Source of the DNA: Eledone cirrhosa
Lineage: Eukaryota
NCBI GenBank assembly: GCA_964016885.1
Contig: OZ024761.1
Coordinates: forward strand, 15,934,001-15,998,000
Direction of reading: 5' to 3'
Length of the DNA stretch: 64,000 nucleotides
A program made the position numbers and the translations under genes. Shown in pieces: positions 26,860 through 40,241 of this stretch (the first letter of the stretch is position 1; each line of letters begins with the position of its first letter). The notes under the pieces are model-generated. The model was not told the origin of the DNA and ran no database searches. It saw only the letters and a list, made by a program, of their open reading frames with translations.

Positions 26860-27238
26860 TGAATCAAAGAGTGAAAAATGCAACATCTGGTTTTGTGCTT
26901 AGCAAAAATCAAACATGGATTGAAACTTCTTAGCCCTAATTATATATATATTTTTTAAATTCATCATAAGTACTTTAAATAGTTTAATAGAAACAATGTC
27001 ATAGTCAGTTACAGTTGTCTAAAAAATGTTGGCAGCATAATAATTTGTAAAGTTTGGTCAGCCAGTTAAAGCAACTTTGAAGAAGCCAAGTGTAAATGCG
27101 GAATGGAACAGGCTTGCTCTATTCATGAAAAATGGCTTAATGAAAACCATTATCGATGAAACAAAGTTAAAATCTTAAAACACAGAAACAAAAACAGCTT
27201 ATACTGGTATGAATGAAGGCAGATTTAAAAGCAGTTTC
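26860..27238 (+). mobile_element. Degenerate Penelope-like element, linker plus GIY-YIG endonuclease fragment
   Basis: Frameshifted translation gives HHKYFK*FNRNNVIVSYSCLKNVGSII, a Cys-rich linker, and KTIIDETK...AYTGMNEGRFKSSF. These match recalled PLE motifs FNRNxVKVSYSC and YIGxTEGxFKxR. Confidence 0.7.
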
Positions 27239-27379
27239 ATCATCATTATCATTGTTTTATGTCTACTTTCAATATTGGCATTGGTTGGACTAGTTATTAC
27301 AATCTGGGTGAATTCTTACTAAGAGTCATTGCCCTTAAAAATCAGATTGCCACCATACAATGTAGATTGTCACATCACC

Positions 27380-27750
27380 AGCACTACCACCTTCCAACGT
27401 GGACTGAGTGATTTTCATTGTCGCACCAAGACAATCACCTTACAATGTGGACTGGGTGATTTTCGTTGTGGCACCAGCACTACTACCTTACAGTGTGGAC
27501 TGGGTGATTTTCGTTGTGGCACCAGCACTACTACCTTACAGTGTGGACTGGGTGATTTTCGTTGTGGGACAAGCACTACTACCTTACAGTGTGGACTGGG
27601 TGATTTTCGTTGTGGGACAAGCACTACTACCTTACAGTGTGGACTGGGTGATTTTTGATGTGGCACCAACACTACCACCTTACAGAATGGATTGGGTGAT
27701 ATTCGTTGCAGAGCCCAGCAATACTACCTTACAGAATGGACTGGGTACAC
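27380..27750 (-). repeat. 48-bp tandem of the RTE 3'UTR unit
   Basis: cactactaccttacagtgtggactgggtgattttcgttgtgg. Same unit family as 43365-43800, 39855-40025 and 46860-47310. Confidence 0.85.
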
Positions 27751-28206
27751 GAAACATGAAATGATAATGATGATGATGATGATGCTGAATAATTCCAGAA
27801 TGATTAGTTTGTCACGGGGAGTGGAGATGGCGGGAACCAAATGGGGTCAAACAGTAGAGTAGAGAGTCTCAAGAGCCATGAAGAACCAAGTGTAGTGTAG
27901 TGACTGGTATCTTATCAACTAAACAAAAGCACCCCACCACCACCACATAAGCTTACACACCACCCACCCACCTCTCCTGTTAATTCTTACTGCTCTATAT
28001 TTACCAGTTATCATTTGTATCTATACAGCCAACATCCTGTGTGTGAGACAACGAGAGAGAGGGAGAGAGAGAGAGCTAGCTTCTATGTGCTTGCTTGATA
28101 TGCTAGAAATAGCAGCGAAATATCCCACAGCTGCATTCATAATTCTTTTTTTTATAACAACCCGCCTGAGACAAATCCGTACTTTTTAAACTGTTTATAT
28201 ATATAT

Positions 28207-28294
<88 letters not shown>

Positions 28295-28307
28295 TGTGTG
28301 TGTAACA

Positions 28308-28413
28308 AATTTAATATAGAAATGGCTTCTACATGACTAGAACTGTTTCATTTGAAGGAAATCATCAGAATGAAATAGTTCTAATCCTGCAGAAGCCATT
28401 TCTATATTAAATT
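28308..28413. mobile_element. Inverted-end remnant (Penelope-like pseudo-LTR) with a broken hammerhead on the minus strand
   Basis: Imperfect inverted repeat of about 45 bp per arm. Minus strand has CTGATGA...GAAACA gttctagtca TGTA but stem I is lost. Related to 31564-31700. Confidence 0.6.
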
Positions 28414-28495
28414 GTATACACCCTGTGGTTACCCCTGATTGAATCAGGAACTCACACACTCACACATACATGAGTGTATGTTTGTATGCTTGTGC

Positions 28496-28559
<64 letters not shown>

Positions 28560-28695
28560 ATATGTGCCAGTGTGTGTATGCGTGTGTGTATATCCCCTCC
28601 AACAATTCCCCGGAGAGTGGTGACCAGAAAGACAACATTAAATGCAATGATCATTAGAAAAAAAGGGAGAGATAAATAAAGAAGTGGTACGTTAC

Positions 28696-28762
28696 CATCC
28701 GAGAAAGACCCATTCAGTAATTCCACGTTAACATGTAAACTTCCGCTGGGCTCCAGACACAG
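28696..28762 (-). CDS. PRKCE: Internal coding exon of a novel protein kinase C (epsilon/eta type), end of the C2 domain
   Basis: Minus strand: ...ttgtctttccgacag | 67 nt | gtaacgt. Phase 0 in, phase 1 out. Reads LCLEPSGSLHVNVELLNGSFSD+G, resembling PKC-epsilon [21 protein letters not shown] and PKC-eta VDLEPEGKVFVVITLTGSFTE. As I recall, this segment is a separate short phase 0/1 exon in vertebrates too. No other recognisable PKC domain exon was found in the window. Confidence 0.75.
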
Positions 28763-28845
28763 CTGTCGGAAAGACAATACACAACAGAACATGTTAGACT
28801 TTAGATGAGGAGAGAAAAAGAAATGCAAATATACATACAAATAAT

Positions 28846-29036
28846 TGTTTCTACTTTTTGGCACAAGGCCAGCAATTACCCCAGTGCATTACTGGTACTT
28901 TTATTTTATCGACCCCGTATGGATGAAAGGCAAAGTCAACCCCGGTGGGATTTGAACTCAGACTATAAAGGGGCGTAACTCTATGCTGCAAAGCATGGCG
29001 TCCGACCTTCTACCAATACTGCCAATCCACCGCCCT
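28846..29036 (-). mobile_element. SINE family 1 copy with 19-bp TSD, about 80 nt upstream of the PKC exon acceptor
   Basis: aaatatacatacaaataat at 28827-28845 and 29037-29055. Confidence 0.9.
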
Positions 29037-29198
29037 AAATATACATACAAATAATGGTTTCAGATTCAGGCACAAGGCCAACAATTTGGGGGAAAGGGAA
29101 AGCCAATTAAATTGACCCAACATGCCTCAAACGGGACAACCGGTCTAGCCCATGCTAGTGTGGAAAATAGACGTTAAAAGCTGATGATGATATATACG

Positions 29199-29757
<559 letters not shown>

Positions 29758-29864
29758 TATATATATATATATATATGTGTATGCATATATATATATATGT
29801 GTATGCATATATATATATATGTGTATGCATATATGTGTATGCATATATATATATATGTGTATAT

Positions 29865-30196
29865 ATGTAGGAGGTGAGTTTTATTGTAGTACAATAAAGC
29901 AATGCAGATATCGGATAAGTAGCACTCTACAGTTTGTAGGACTGGAGTATAAATAATATATAAGATCAAAAGATGGTTAAAAGAGTTCCATGTATTTTAT
30001 TATGCGCATTTCAAAAACATGTTGATTTGATATGTTGATTTAAAACTGCACTATTCACAAGTGTTTTTTAACCTTCATATCATGTCTCCCTATTTTATCT
30101 GACGAAAACGCAAATGTCAACGCATGATGATATTTGTTTTTGAAATGCGCATAATAAAATACATGGAACTCTTTTAACCATCTTTTGATCTTATAT
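29865..30196 (+). mobile_element. Penelope-like pseudo-LTR remnant with partial inverted duplication
   Basis: 29958-30019 is the reverse complement of 30135-30196. Contains the 30091 hammerhead. A deleted sister copy lies at 9238-9425 on the opposite strand. Confidence 0.65.
30091..30161 (+). ncRNA. Type I hammerhead ribozyme motif (same family as 9257-9327)
   Basis: tattttat CTGACGA aaacgcaaatgtcaacgcatgatgatatttgttttt GAAAT gcgc ATA ataaaata. Confidence 0.85.
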
Positions 30197-30202
30197 ACTA
30201 TA

Positions 30203-30235
<33 letters not shown>

Positions 30236-30331
30236 GTGCGTATATATATATATATATATATGTACATATATATATATATATATATAGTATATATATATGT
30301 ATATATATATATATATATATATGTGTATATA

Positions 30332-30365
<34 letters not shown>

Positions 30366-30393
30366 TATATATATATATATATATGCATATATA

Positions 30394-30426
<33 letters not shown>

Positions 30427-30467
30427 GTGTATATATATGTGTATATATATATATGTGTATATATATG

Positions 30468-30619
<152 letters not shown>

Positions 30620-30628
30620 CATATATAT

Positions 30629-30667
<39 letters not shown>

Positions 30668-30670
30668 TAT

Positions 30671-30709
<39 letters not shown>

Positions 30710-30741
30710 TATATATGCATATATATATATATATACACATA

Positions 30742-30772
<31 letters not shown>

Positions 30773-30785
30773 GTGTATATATATG

Positions 30786-30833
<48 letters not shown>

Positions 30834-31025
30834 TATATATATATATTGAGTATGTTTTGGTTGTTTACGGATACCTCAGTATGCAGGTTGGAGCACTCAA
30901 CGAAGTGCGCAGATATGATTCCAGTTCCTTTGAGGACTAACAACACACCCAGGAGCTGGACATATCGATGAATTAACAGGGTAGAACACATTACAACATC
31001 ATGTAATCCTGTTTTTTTTCTGCCT

Positions 31026-31094
31026 AAATTCTTATTGCCTGATGAGGTCATAGCCAATAATGGCTGGCACTGAAATATGTATAGCAGCGAATTT
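31026..31094 (+). ncRNA. Type I hammerhead ribozyme motif
   Basis: aaattc-ttattgc CTGATGA ggtcatagcc aataat ggctggcact GAAAT atgt ATA gcagc-gaattt. Confidence 0.75.
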
Positions 31095-31403
31095 GAATAA
31101 ACGAACCCAACTTTAACATGTTGACTTACACTTATTATTTTATTTATATATAGGTGGTGGTTTGGTAGTATCGGTAGAGGGTCGGACGCCATGCTTTCCA
31201 GCATAGAGTTGCGTCCCTTTATGATCTGAGTTCAAATCCCACCGAGGTTAACTTTGCCTTTCATCCTTATGGGGTCGATAAAATAAAGTACCAGTAATGT
31301 ACTGGGTATTTGCTGGCCTTGTGCCAAAAGTAGAAACAATTATTTTATTTATATATATATCAATAATATTAATAAATGGAAAATATCTTTATAAAACCAT
31401 ATT

Positions 31404-31464
31404 TATTTTATTATACATATTTCAAGGGTACCAATATTTTAGTACACCATCGTCAGATAAAATA
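31404..31464 (-). ncRNA. Type I hammerhead ribozyme motif
   Basis: tattttat CTGACGA tggtgtac taaaatattg gtaccctt GAAAT atgt ATA ataaaata. Confidence 0.8.
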
Positions 31465-31563
31465 CAATATTTGGCTTAAAGATAGTGACATATCTTCATA
31501 TGAACTTTATAAGCATTGTTGAATAATCAAAACAAATAACTCATTGTTTATATATATATATCA

Positions 31564-31616
31564 GGGATTCCTGATGATTTCTAAAGAATGAAACAGTTCT
31601 AGTCCTGTAGAATCTC
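31564..31616 (+). ncRNA. Type I hammerhead ribozyme motif with 4-bp stem III
   Basis: gggattc CTGATGA tttc taaa gaat GAA ACAG ttctagtc CTGT A gaatctc. Confidence 0.75.
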
Positions 31617-32152
31617 ATCTATATTAAAACTTTTATACTCTGCAATGTACTGAGTACCTTACTTACTGTGGTTACCTCCGACTCAACCCGGAATAACGTA
31701 TAAATATATATATATATATATAGATATGTAGAAGTTCTATTTAAATTGTTGGGATACAACAAGCAAATATTTTATAACTGATATAAAGCACTCAACAAAT
31801 TATTGGAGTAAAAATACGATATATTAACAAATGAAATAAATATGGTTTTATAAATATAGTTTCCATTTGTTAATATATTGTATATATATATTGTATATAT
31901 ATATAAACACACAGTCCACGCTGTAATGTGGCCGTGTAGGCAACACGGTAAAAACCTCCCAGCCCCACACTGTAAATGTGGTTGGTGTTAGGAAGGGCAT
32001 CCAGCTGTAGAAAACCCGCCAGACAGTCCTATGCGAGCAAGACAACCACTCTTGCCTCAAGTGGGAAAACTCCCGTTCAAACCCATGCAAGCATGGAACA
32101 CGGACGTTAAACGATGATGATGATGATGATGATGATGATGATATATATGTGA

Positions 32153-32186
<34 letters not shown>

Positions 32187-32368
32187 CCAACATTTTAAAA
32201 TGATGTGTCCAGGAGTTGATTTAGTACAATGAACCTTGACATCCTTGTTCACCGACAAGCAATAACACACACTGAGGAGGGATATCCAATGGAATTTGAC
32301 AATTATTGATGCCTCCTTCTCTTGAGAGACCAGCTGTGTGGTCTCTGAGATCTGAAGAGCATAATAAT

Positions 32369-32522
32369 TGTTTCCACTTTTGACACAAGGTCAGCAATTT
32401 TACCCAGTGCATTACTGGTACTTTATTTTATCGCCATTGTAAGGATGAAAGGCAAAGTTAACCTTGGCTGGATTTGAACTCAGAATGGCAAGGGCTATAA
32501 CTCTATCTGCCAATCCACTGCC
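32369..32522 (-). mobile_element. SINE family 1 copy with 17-bp TSD
   Basis: ctgaagagcataataat on both sides. Confidence 0.85.
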
Positions 32523-32684
32523 CTGAAGAGCATAATAATAAACAGAGAGTGGGAGGGGCTTAGAACTAATCCTTGTTGAATACCTCTGTGTGTGTGCATG
32601 GATGTATGTATACATGCATATGTATACATGTGTGTGTATACATATCCGTGTATAATACGTGTGTGAAGCCTGCACAGTGAACTC

Positions 32685-33064
32685 TACATGTGAATGGAGT
32701 TCCACTGTAGCAGGTGGAGAAGTTCAAGTATCTTGAGGCCATGTTCACAAGCGATGGAAGGCAAGAGGCTGAATTAAGGGCAAGAATTGCAAGAGCTGGG
32801 ACAGTTATGCACCACCTTCAGCATTCAGTAAAAGCCAAACTTGCTGTCTTCAATTCAGTATTTGTACCAACCCTTACCTATGGTCATGAATCTTGGGTAA
32901 TGACTGAAAGAATACGATCGCGAATACAAGCAGCTGAAATGGGGTTCTTTCGAAGGCTCTTTGGGGTAACGTTACTCAATAGAGTACGTAAATCAGAGAT
33001 CAGAGAGTCACTCCAGGTAGAGCCACTACTTCTTCAAATTGACAGATCACAGCTCCAATACTAG
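32685..33064 (+). mobile_element. Rex3/Expander-like RTE LINE fragment (other pieces at 7555-7830 +, 24125-24600 -, 39560-39845 -)
   Basis: VEKFKYL...AKLAVFNSVFVPTLTYGHESWVMTERIRSRIQAAEMGFFRR...VEPLLLQIDRSQL. Confidence 0.85.
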
Positions 33065-33685
33065 TAAATCATGATGTAATAGGAAACACACTCAACATTA
33101 TGCAACTTATCCATTGTTGGTGTTGAATCTCATGGGTGGTGCTGGAACTTATCATCATCATCACCATTTTACGTCAATTTTTCCATGCTAGCATGGGTTA
33201 GACAGGTTGTCCTGTTGTGGGCAATGCTAGGTCAGGTGACCATGTCTTGCACATACAGAACTGATTGTGGCTTGGTTTCTACAGCTGGATGCCCCCTTCC
33301 AGTGATATGTATATATAAAATCCTCATTGAGCCCTCTTTGAATTTTGGTATTTGTATTTATTATTACTATATATATATATATATATATATAGTGGTTAGA
33401 GCATTGGCCTTGCAATCGAAAGGTTGTGAGTTCAATTCTCAGACCAGGTGATGTGTTGTTTCCTTGAGCAAGACACTTTATTTCACATTGCTCCAGTTTA
33501 CTCAGCTGTAGAAATGAGATGATAGGGACTGACTGGGGTCCATATCATTCCACTGCAAAAAAGCACCCAGCACTCACTGTAAATGAGGTTGGTGTTAGGA
33601 AGGGCATCCAGCTGTAGAAATCAAGCCAGAATCAGTTCCCGTCCCACCCTTGCAAGCAGGAAAAAGCGGACGTAAAATGAAATGA

Positions 33686-33758
<73 letters not shown>

Positions 33759-33943
33759 GTTCTGGCCTTCTAACTTCAAAAGTTTATACCACACGACACA
33801 ATGCTTCAAGTAAACTACCAATTCCATATATATATATATAATCGTTATTTAATGTTTGTTTTCCCTACTAGCGAGTGTTGGATGGGTTATCCCAGATCTA
33901 CTTAGCTGTGGCTATATCTTACAAACCTTCCTGCGCTCTACAG

Positions 33944-34025
33944 AATGTATCAGGTGCATTTTATATGTTTATAGCATCTTTACTAGTAAAGATGCTATAA
34001 ACATATAAAATGCACCTGATACATT
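33944..34025. repeat. Perfect 82-bp palindrome
   Basis: 41-bp arms, no spacer, centre ACT|AGT. Confidence 0.97.
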
Positions 34026-34069
34026 GGCTATAACTCAATTTGCAGTATTAGAAAAGACTTCTATTTTAA

Positions 34070-34577
34070 TGTGATGCAGCCATGATGCAGTTTTGCACTT
34101 TTCAAGAATGTCTTACTAATGTGGTTTCATGCAGTACAGGATGTTAAGTGTGAATGTGATGCAGTCATAGTGGTTGTTTTGTACTTTTCAAGAATGTCTT
34201 ACTAATGTGGTTTCATGCAGTACAGGATGTTAAGTGTGAATGTGATGCAGTCATAGTGGTTGTTTTGTACTTTTCAAGAATGTCTTACTAATGTGGTTTC
34301 ATGCAGTACAGGATGTTAAGTGTGAATGTGATGCAGTCATAGTGGTTGTTTTGTACTTTTCAAGAATGTCTTACTAATGTGGTTTCATGCAGTACAGGAT
34401 GTTAAGTGTGAATGTGATGCAGTCATAGTGGTTGTTTTGTACTTTTCAAGAATGTCTTACTAATGTGGTTTAATGCAGTACAGGATGTTAAGTGTGAATG
34501 TGATGCAGTCATAGTGGTTGTTTTGTACTTTTCAAGAATGTCTTACTAATGTGGTTTCATGTAGTACATGATGTTAA
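34070..34577. repeat. 86-bp minisatellite, about 6 units
   Basis: gaatgtcttactaatg recurs at 34106, 34192, 34278 and onward. Confidence 0.95.
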
Positions 34578-34697
34578 GAGTTTATGTATGTGATTGATTA
34601 AGAGAGAAAGATGAATAGTTTCCTAGAAGGATGGTTGGATGGCTGGGTAGATGGATGGTGCTTGAATGGATGCTTAGGTAAATGGATGATGAGTGAA

Positions 34698-34908
34698 CCC
34701 TTTATCAATTACATTACTCTATATTTACTATCACATTTTCACAGTAAAGGCTCTTTTACCCCACATAATATTGAATCTATGAGATTTTGGTATTATTTAT
34801 TTTGAGAACAATACCTTAACATCAATATGAGTGACCAGTTACAGCCGGTTTGAACAGAAAGAGTTGAGAGAATTCTGGCCGGATATGGCCAGTTTAAATA
34901 CTAAAGGG
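34698..34908 (-). mobile_element. piggyBac-like TTAA MITE family A
   Basis: Reverse complement of 42250-42457; ends ctaaaggg-ttaa. Confidence 0.78.
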
Positions 34909-35139
34909 TTAAATGGCTGGATGGTTGAATGTTTGACTGATAGAACAGTTAGATTCTTGGACTGATGATGTGGATGAATGGATGAGTAGATAGATAGATA
35001 AATGGGTGAAATATATATAGAGAGGGGGGGGGGCGTTTCAGGATATTAAGTATGAAATGTCCGATTTCAAATTGAAAGTACTTAGGGAAATCGGACATTT
35101 CATATTTAAGGACCAGAGGGGGGGGGTGGGGGGGGGTGA

Positions 35140-35691
35140 ATACAGAAGAGACATAGAGATAGAGATATAGAGGGGGTAAGGTAAAGCAGAAAGAGGCAAA
35201 GAGAGGAGGGAAAGAAAGAGAATTTAAAGGGAAAAAGAGAGGTAGATGAACGAGTAAGAGAGAGATAGAAACATAGAATTAGGTAGAAAAGAGTGAGAGA
35301 GAGAGAGAAGAGGAAGGAGAGATGTTTAGTGAGAGAGAGGGGGCTGAGAGAGAGGGGGTTGAGAGGGTGGGAGAGACAATTGTACAGAGAAGAGAAGAAA
35401 AGGAAGAGAGGGGAGAGTGATGGAGGGAGGAGGAAGAGGTAAGTGCAGAAAGAGAGGAGAGAGAGAGAGAGAGAGAGAACTGGGGAAAACATTTTTTAGT
35501 GAGAGAAAGAGGCTGAGAAATAGAGAGAGAGGAAGGGAAGGAGAAAGGGGGAAAGGGAGAGAGAGAGAAGGGAGGAAAGAGAGAAGGGGGAGGGATAATC
35601 ATTACAGGATTTCTGAGAGAATGAAAAAAAAAATATCGATAGGAGAATATGGGACAGGAATTCTATATACATGAGAGGAGGAGAGAAAGGA

Positions 35692-35742
<51 letters not shown>

Positions 35743-35843
35743 ATAGAGAGATATTTATTAGTGAACAGGAGAATAGACAAGCAATAGTGAAAATCTGAGA
35801 TGATGAAAAATATCGATAGGAGAACATGGGACAGGAATCCTAC

Positions 35844-35895
<52 letters not shown>

Positions 35896-36195
35896 GAGAG
35901 AGAGAGAGCAGGTAATAGAAGAGAGAGAGGGGGGAGAAAGAGAGCAGGTACTAGAGGAGAGAGTAGGGAAAGAGGGGGAGGGAACGCAGGTAACAGAGAG
36001 GGAGGGAGAGGGAGAGAGAGACAGATAGAGAGATAGAGTAGATAATAGAGAGTGAGGAGGAGGAGGTGGAGGAGAAAGAGAGAAGATACTAGAAGAGAGA
36101 GGGGGTGAGAGAGAGGGAGGGAATGCGGGTAACAGAGAAGGAAAGGGGGTAGGAACTAAAGAAGGATAGAGAAAGAAATGGAGTGGAGAGAGATA

Positions 36196-36253
<58 letters not shown>

Positions 36254-37748
36254 AGGTAACAGAGAAGGATAGAGAAGTATATAGCCAGAGAGAGTGAAAG
36301 AGAGACACAGGGAGAGAGAGAGAGGGGGAGATTGAGAGAGAAGGGAGAGATAGATAGTGAGATAAAGAGTGAGCAGGAGAGAGAGAGAGAGAGAGCAGGA
36401 GAGATAGATAGTGAGATAAAGAGAGAGCAGGAGAGAAAGAGAGAAAGAGAGAAAGAGAGAGGACAGATAGATAGTGAGAGGCAAGAGAGAGAGAGAGAAA
36501 GTAAAAGAGAGAGTGTGTGTATGTGTGTGTGAATATGTGTGTGTGTGCGATGAAAGGAATATGAGTGGTGACTAGAATGTGATTTATAAGCTAGCGCATA
36601 TAAACGCATACATACATATACACACACATACATACTTATACACATATACATACACACACATACATACACACATACATATATACATACACATGCTCACACA
36701 TACACATACACACACACTCACACACACATGCATACACACACACATACATATATACATACACATGCTCACACATACACACACACATACACACACGCATACA
36801 TACATACACGCACACATACATATATACATACACATGCTCACATACACACACACACATATACATACATACACGCACACATACATATATATACATACACATG
36901 CTCACACATACACATACATACACTCACACACATGCATACATACATACACGCACACATACATATATACATACACATGCTCACACATACACACACACATACA
37001 CACACGCATACATACATACACGCACACATACATATATACATACACATGCTCACACATACACATACACACACACTCACACACACATGCATACATACATACA
37101 TACACGCACACATACATATATACATACACATGCTCATACATACACACACACATATACATACATACACGCACACATACATATATACATACACATGCTCACA
37201 CATACACACACACACGCACGCACGCATACATACATACACACACACACGCATACATACATACATAACACTCCAGACTACAAGTAGCTGCTGTGGCTGGATG
37301 GTTTTAGCTAGCTAAGGTATCTGCTATAGATGATGCTGATGATGATGGTGGTGATATTGATGGTGCTGTTGTTGATGATGATGGTGGTGGTGGTGGTGGG
37401 GACACTGTTGTCGATGATGATGATGATCTTGATGATGATGATGCTGATATTAAGGGTGCTGTTGATGATGATGGTGGTGGTGGTGGTGGTGGTGGTGGGG
37501 ACACTGTTGTCGATGAGGATGCTGATCTTGATGATGTTGATGATGATGATGCTGATATATGAGGGTGCTGTTGATGATGATGATGGTGATGGTGGTGGTG
37601 GTGGTAGAGGTGGGGATGCTGTTGTCGATGAGGATGCTGATATTGATGCTGATATTGATGTTGCTGTTGATGATGATGGTGCTGTTGCTTGTGTTGCTCT
37701 TCTGTTTCTCTACTGCTGCTGTTGCTATTATTGCTGCTGCTGTTGCTG

Positions 37749-37783
<35 letters not shown>

Positions 37784-39520
37784 TCTCTCTCTCTATCTAT
37801 CTAGCTATCTCACTCTCTCTTCTGTCTCTGGTGTTGTCTGCTTTATCTCTCTGCTGTTGTCATTGCTGATAACACACAACAGTACACACAACACCACACC
37901 ATACAACACACAACAGAACACAACAGTACACACAACACAACACACAACACCACACCATACAACACACAACAGTACATACAACACAACACACAACACAAAA
38001 CCACTCCACACCACACCACACACAACACCACATCCCACCACTCCACACCACACCACACACAACACCACATCCCACCACACCACACACCACACAACACAAA
38101 ACCACTCCACACCACACAACATCCCACCACTCCACACCACACCACATCCCACCACACCACACCACACCACATAACACCACACCACATCCCACCACACCAC
38201 ACCACACCACATCCCACCACACCACACCACATCCCACCACTCCACACCACACCACATCCCACCACACCACATCCCACCACATCTCACCACTCCACACCAC
38301 ACCACTCCACACATCCCACCACACCACACCCCACCACATCCCACCACTCCACACCACACCACACCACATCCCACCACACCACACAACGCCACACCACATC
38401 CCACCACTCCACACCACACCACATCCCACCACACCACATCCCACCACACCACACCACACCACACCACATCCCACCACTCCACACCACACCACATCCCACC
38501 ACACCACATCCCACCACATCTCACCACACCACTCCACACCACACCACTCCACACATCCCACCACACCACACCCCACCACATCCCACCACTCCACACCACA
38601 CCACACCACATCCCACCACACCACACAACGCCACACCACACAACACCACATCCCACCACACCACAACACAACACCACACAACACAACACAACAGAGAGGG
38701 TGAGAGAACAGAGTGAAGGGAAGCCAGCAAACCAGCCAGGCAAGAAAGACAACATGTCAACCATCCAGATGGACAGACAGATAGACAGACTGACAGATAG
38801 ACAGACAGACAGAGAGACAGACTGACAGATAGTATGGCCAGATAGACTGGCAGACAACATAGCCAGAATGACTCTCAGACAGCATAGACGGATAGGCTGA
38901 TAGACAGACTGACAGACAGCATAGGCAGATAGACAGACAGCGTAGCCAGATAGATAGACAGACAGACAGCATAGCCAGATAGGCTGACAGACAACATAGT
39001 CAGATAGACTGACAGACAACAAACCAGCCATCCAGTTAGACTGACAGACAACAAACCAGCCGTCCAGATAGACTGACAGACAACATACCAGCCGTCCAGA
39101 TAGACTGACAGACAACATAGTCAGATAGACAACAAACCAGCCATCCAGTTAGACTGACAGACAATATAGTCAGATAGACTGACAGACAACAAACCAGCCG
39201 TCCAGATAGACTGACAGACAACATACCAGCCGTCCAGATAGACTGACAGACAACATAGTCAGATAGACTGACAGACAACAAACCAGCCATCCAGATAGAC
39301 TGACAGACAACATAGTCAGATAGACTGACAGACAACAAACCAGCCATCCAGTTAGACTGACAGACAACATAGTCAGATAGACTGACAGACAGACTAACAG
39401 ACAAGCCAGATAGGCTGCCAGACAACATGCCAGCCAGCCTGGTATGACTGACTGACAGACAGTCAAGTAGATAAACTGCTAGATAGACAGCCAACCAGAC
39501 AGATATTGACAGGAAGCCAG
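35140..39520. repeat. Block of successive low-complexity tracts: GA-rich, CA/TA, GAT/GGT, CACCA, GACA
   Basis: Direct inspection. Confidence 0.95.
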
Positions 39521-40241
39521 CCAGATTGATGGACAAGCGAACCATCAAGTGAGACTAGCCAAGCTCATGGATGTTATCCAACCATCTAGCTTGAGGCCTA
39601 CCCCTGGGTCTCCTGCCATAAAATCTGTTCAGTGATTCTTTCCTGAGACATTCTAACCACATGCATATAATATTGGAGAAGTAGCGGCTTTACCTGGAGC
39701 AACTTTCTGAGCTATGCATTCTATTGAATAACATTACTCCAAAGACTCTTGGAGTAACCCCATTTCGGCTTCTTGTATTCGCGATCATGTTCTTTCGGTC
39801 ATTACCCAACATTCATGACCATAGGTAAGAGTTGGCATGAATACCTCAGATGACAAAAAGCACCCAGTCCATACAGTAAAGTGGTCGTGTGGGTGACACA
39901 GTAAAAAGGCTCCCAGTCCACACTGTAAAGTGGTCGTGTAGGTGACACAGTAAAAAGGCTCCCAGTCCACACTGTTATGTGGTCATGTAGGTGACACAGT
40001 AAAAAGGCTCCCAGTTCCACACTGTAAATGTGGTTGGTGTTAGGAAGCATATCCAACCATAGAAAACCTGCCAGAAGCAGTTCTGTACGAGCAGGACATG
40101 GTCTCCTGACCAATCTCGCCTCAAGTGGGTCAAAACCGTCCAACCATGCTAGCATGGGAGATGGACGCTAAACAATGATGATGATGATGGTATATATATA
40201 TTGAACAATGAAAACAAAAAAGCGAATTTCAGTGCTTAATC

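Noticed and set aside
30868-31069. Apparent minus-strand exon (ttcag...GAG|gtatcc) upstream of the PKC exon
   Set aside because: The translation does not resemble the C2 domain, and the segment overlaps a plus-strand hammerhead, so it is more likely a TE remnant.
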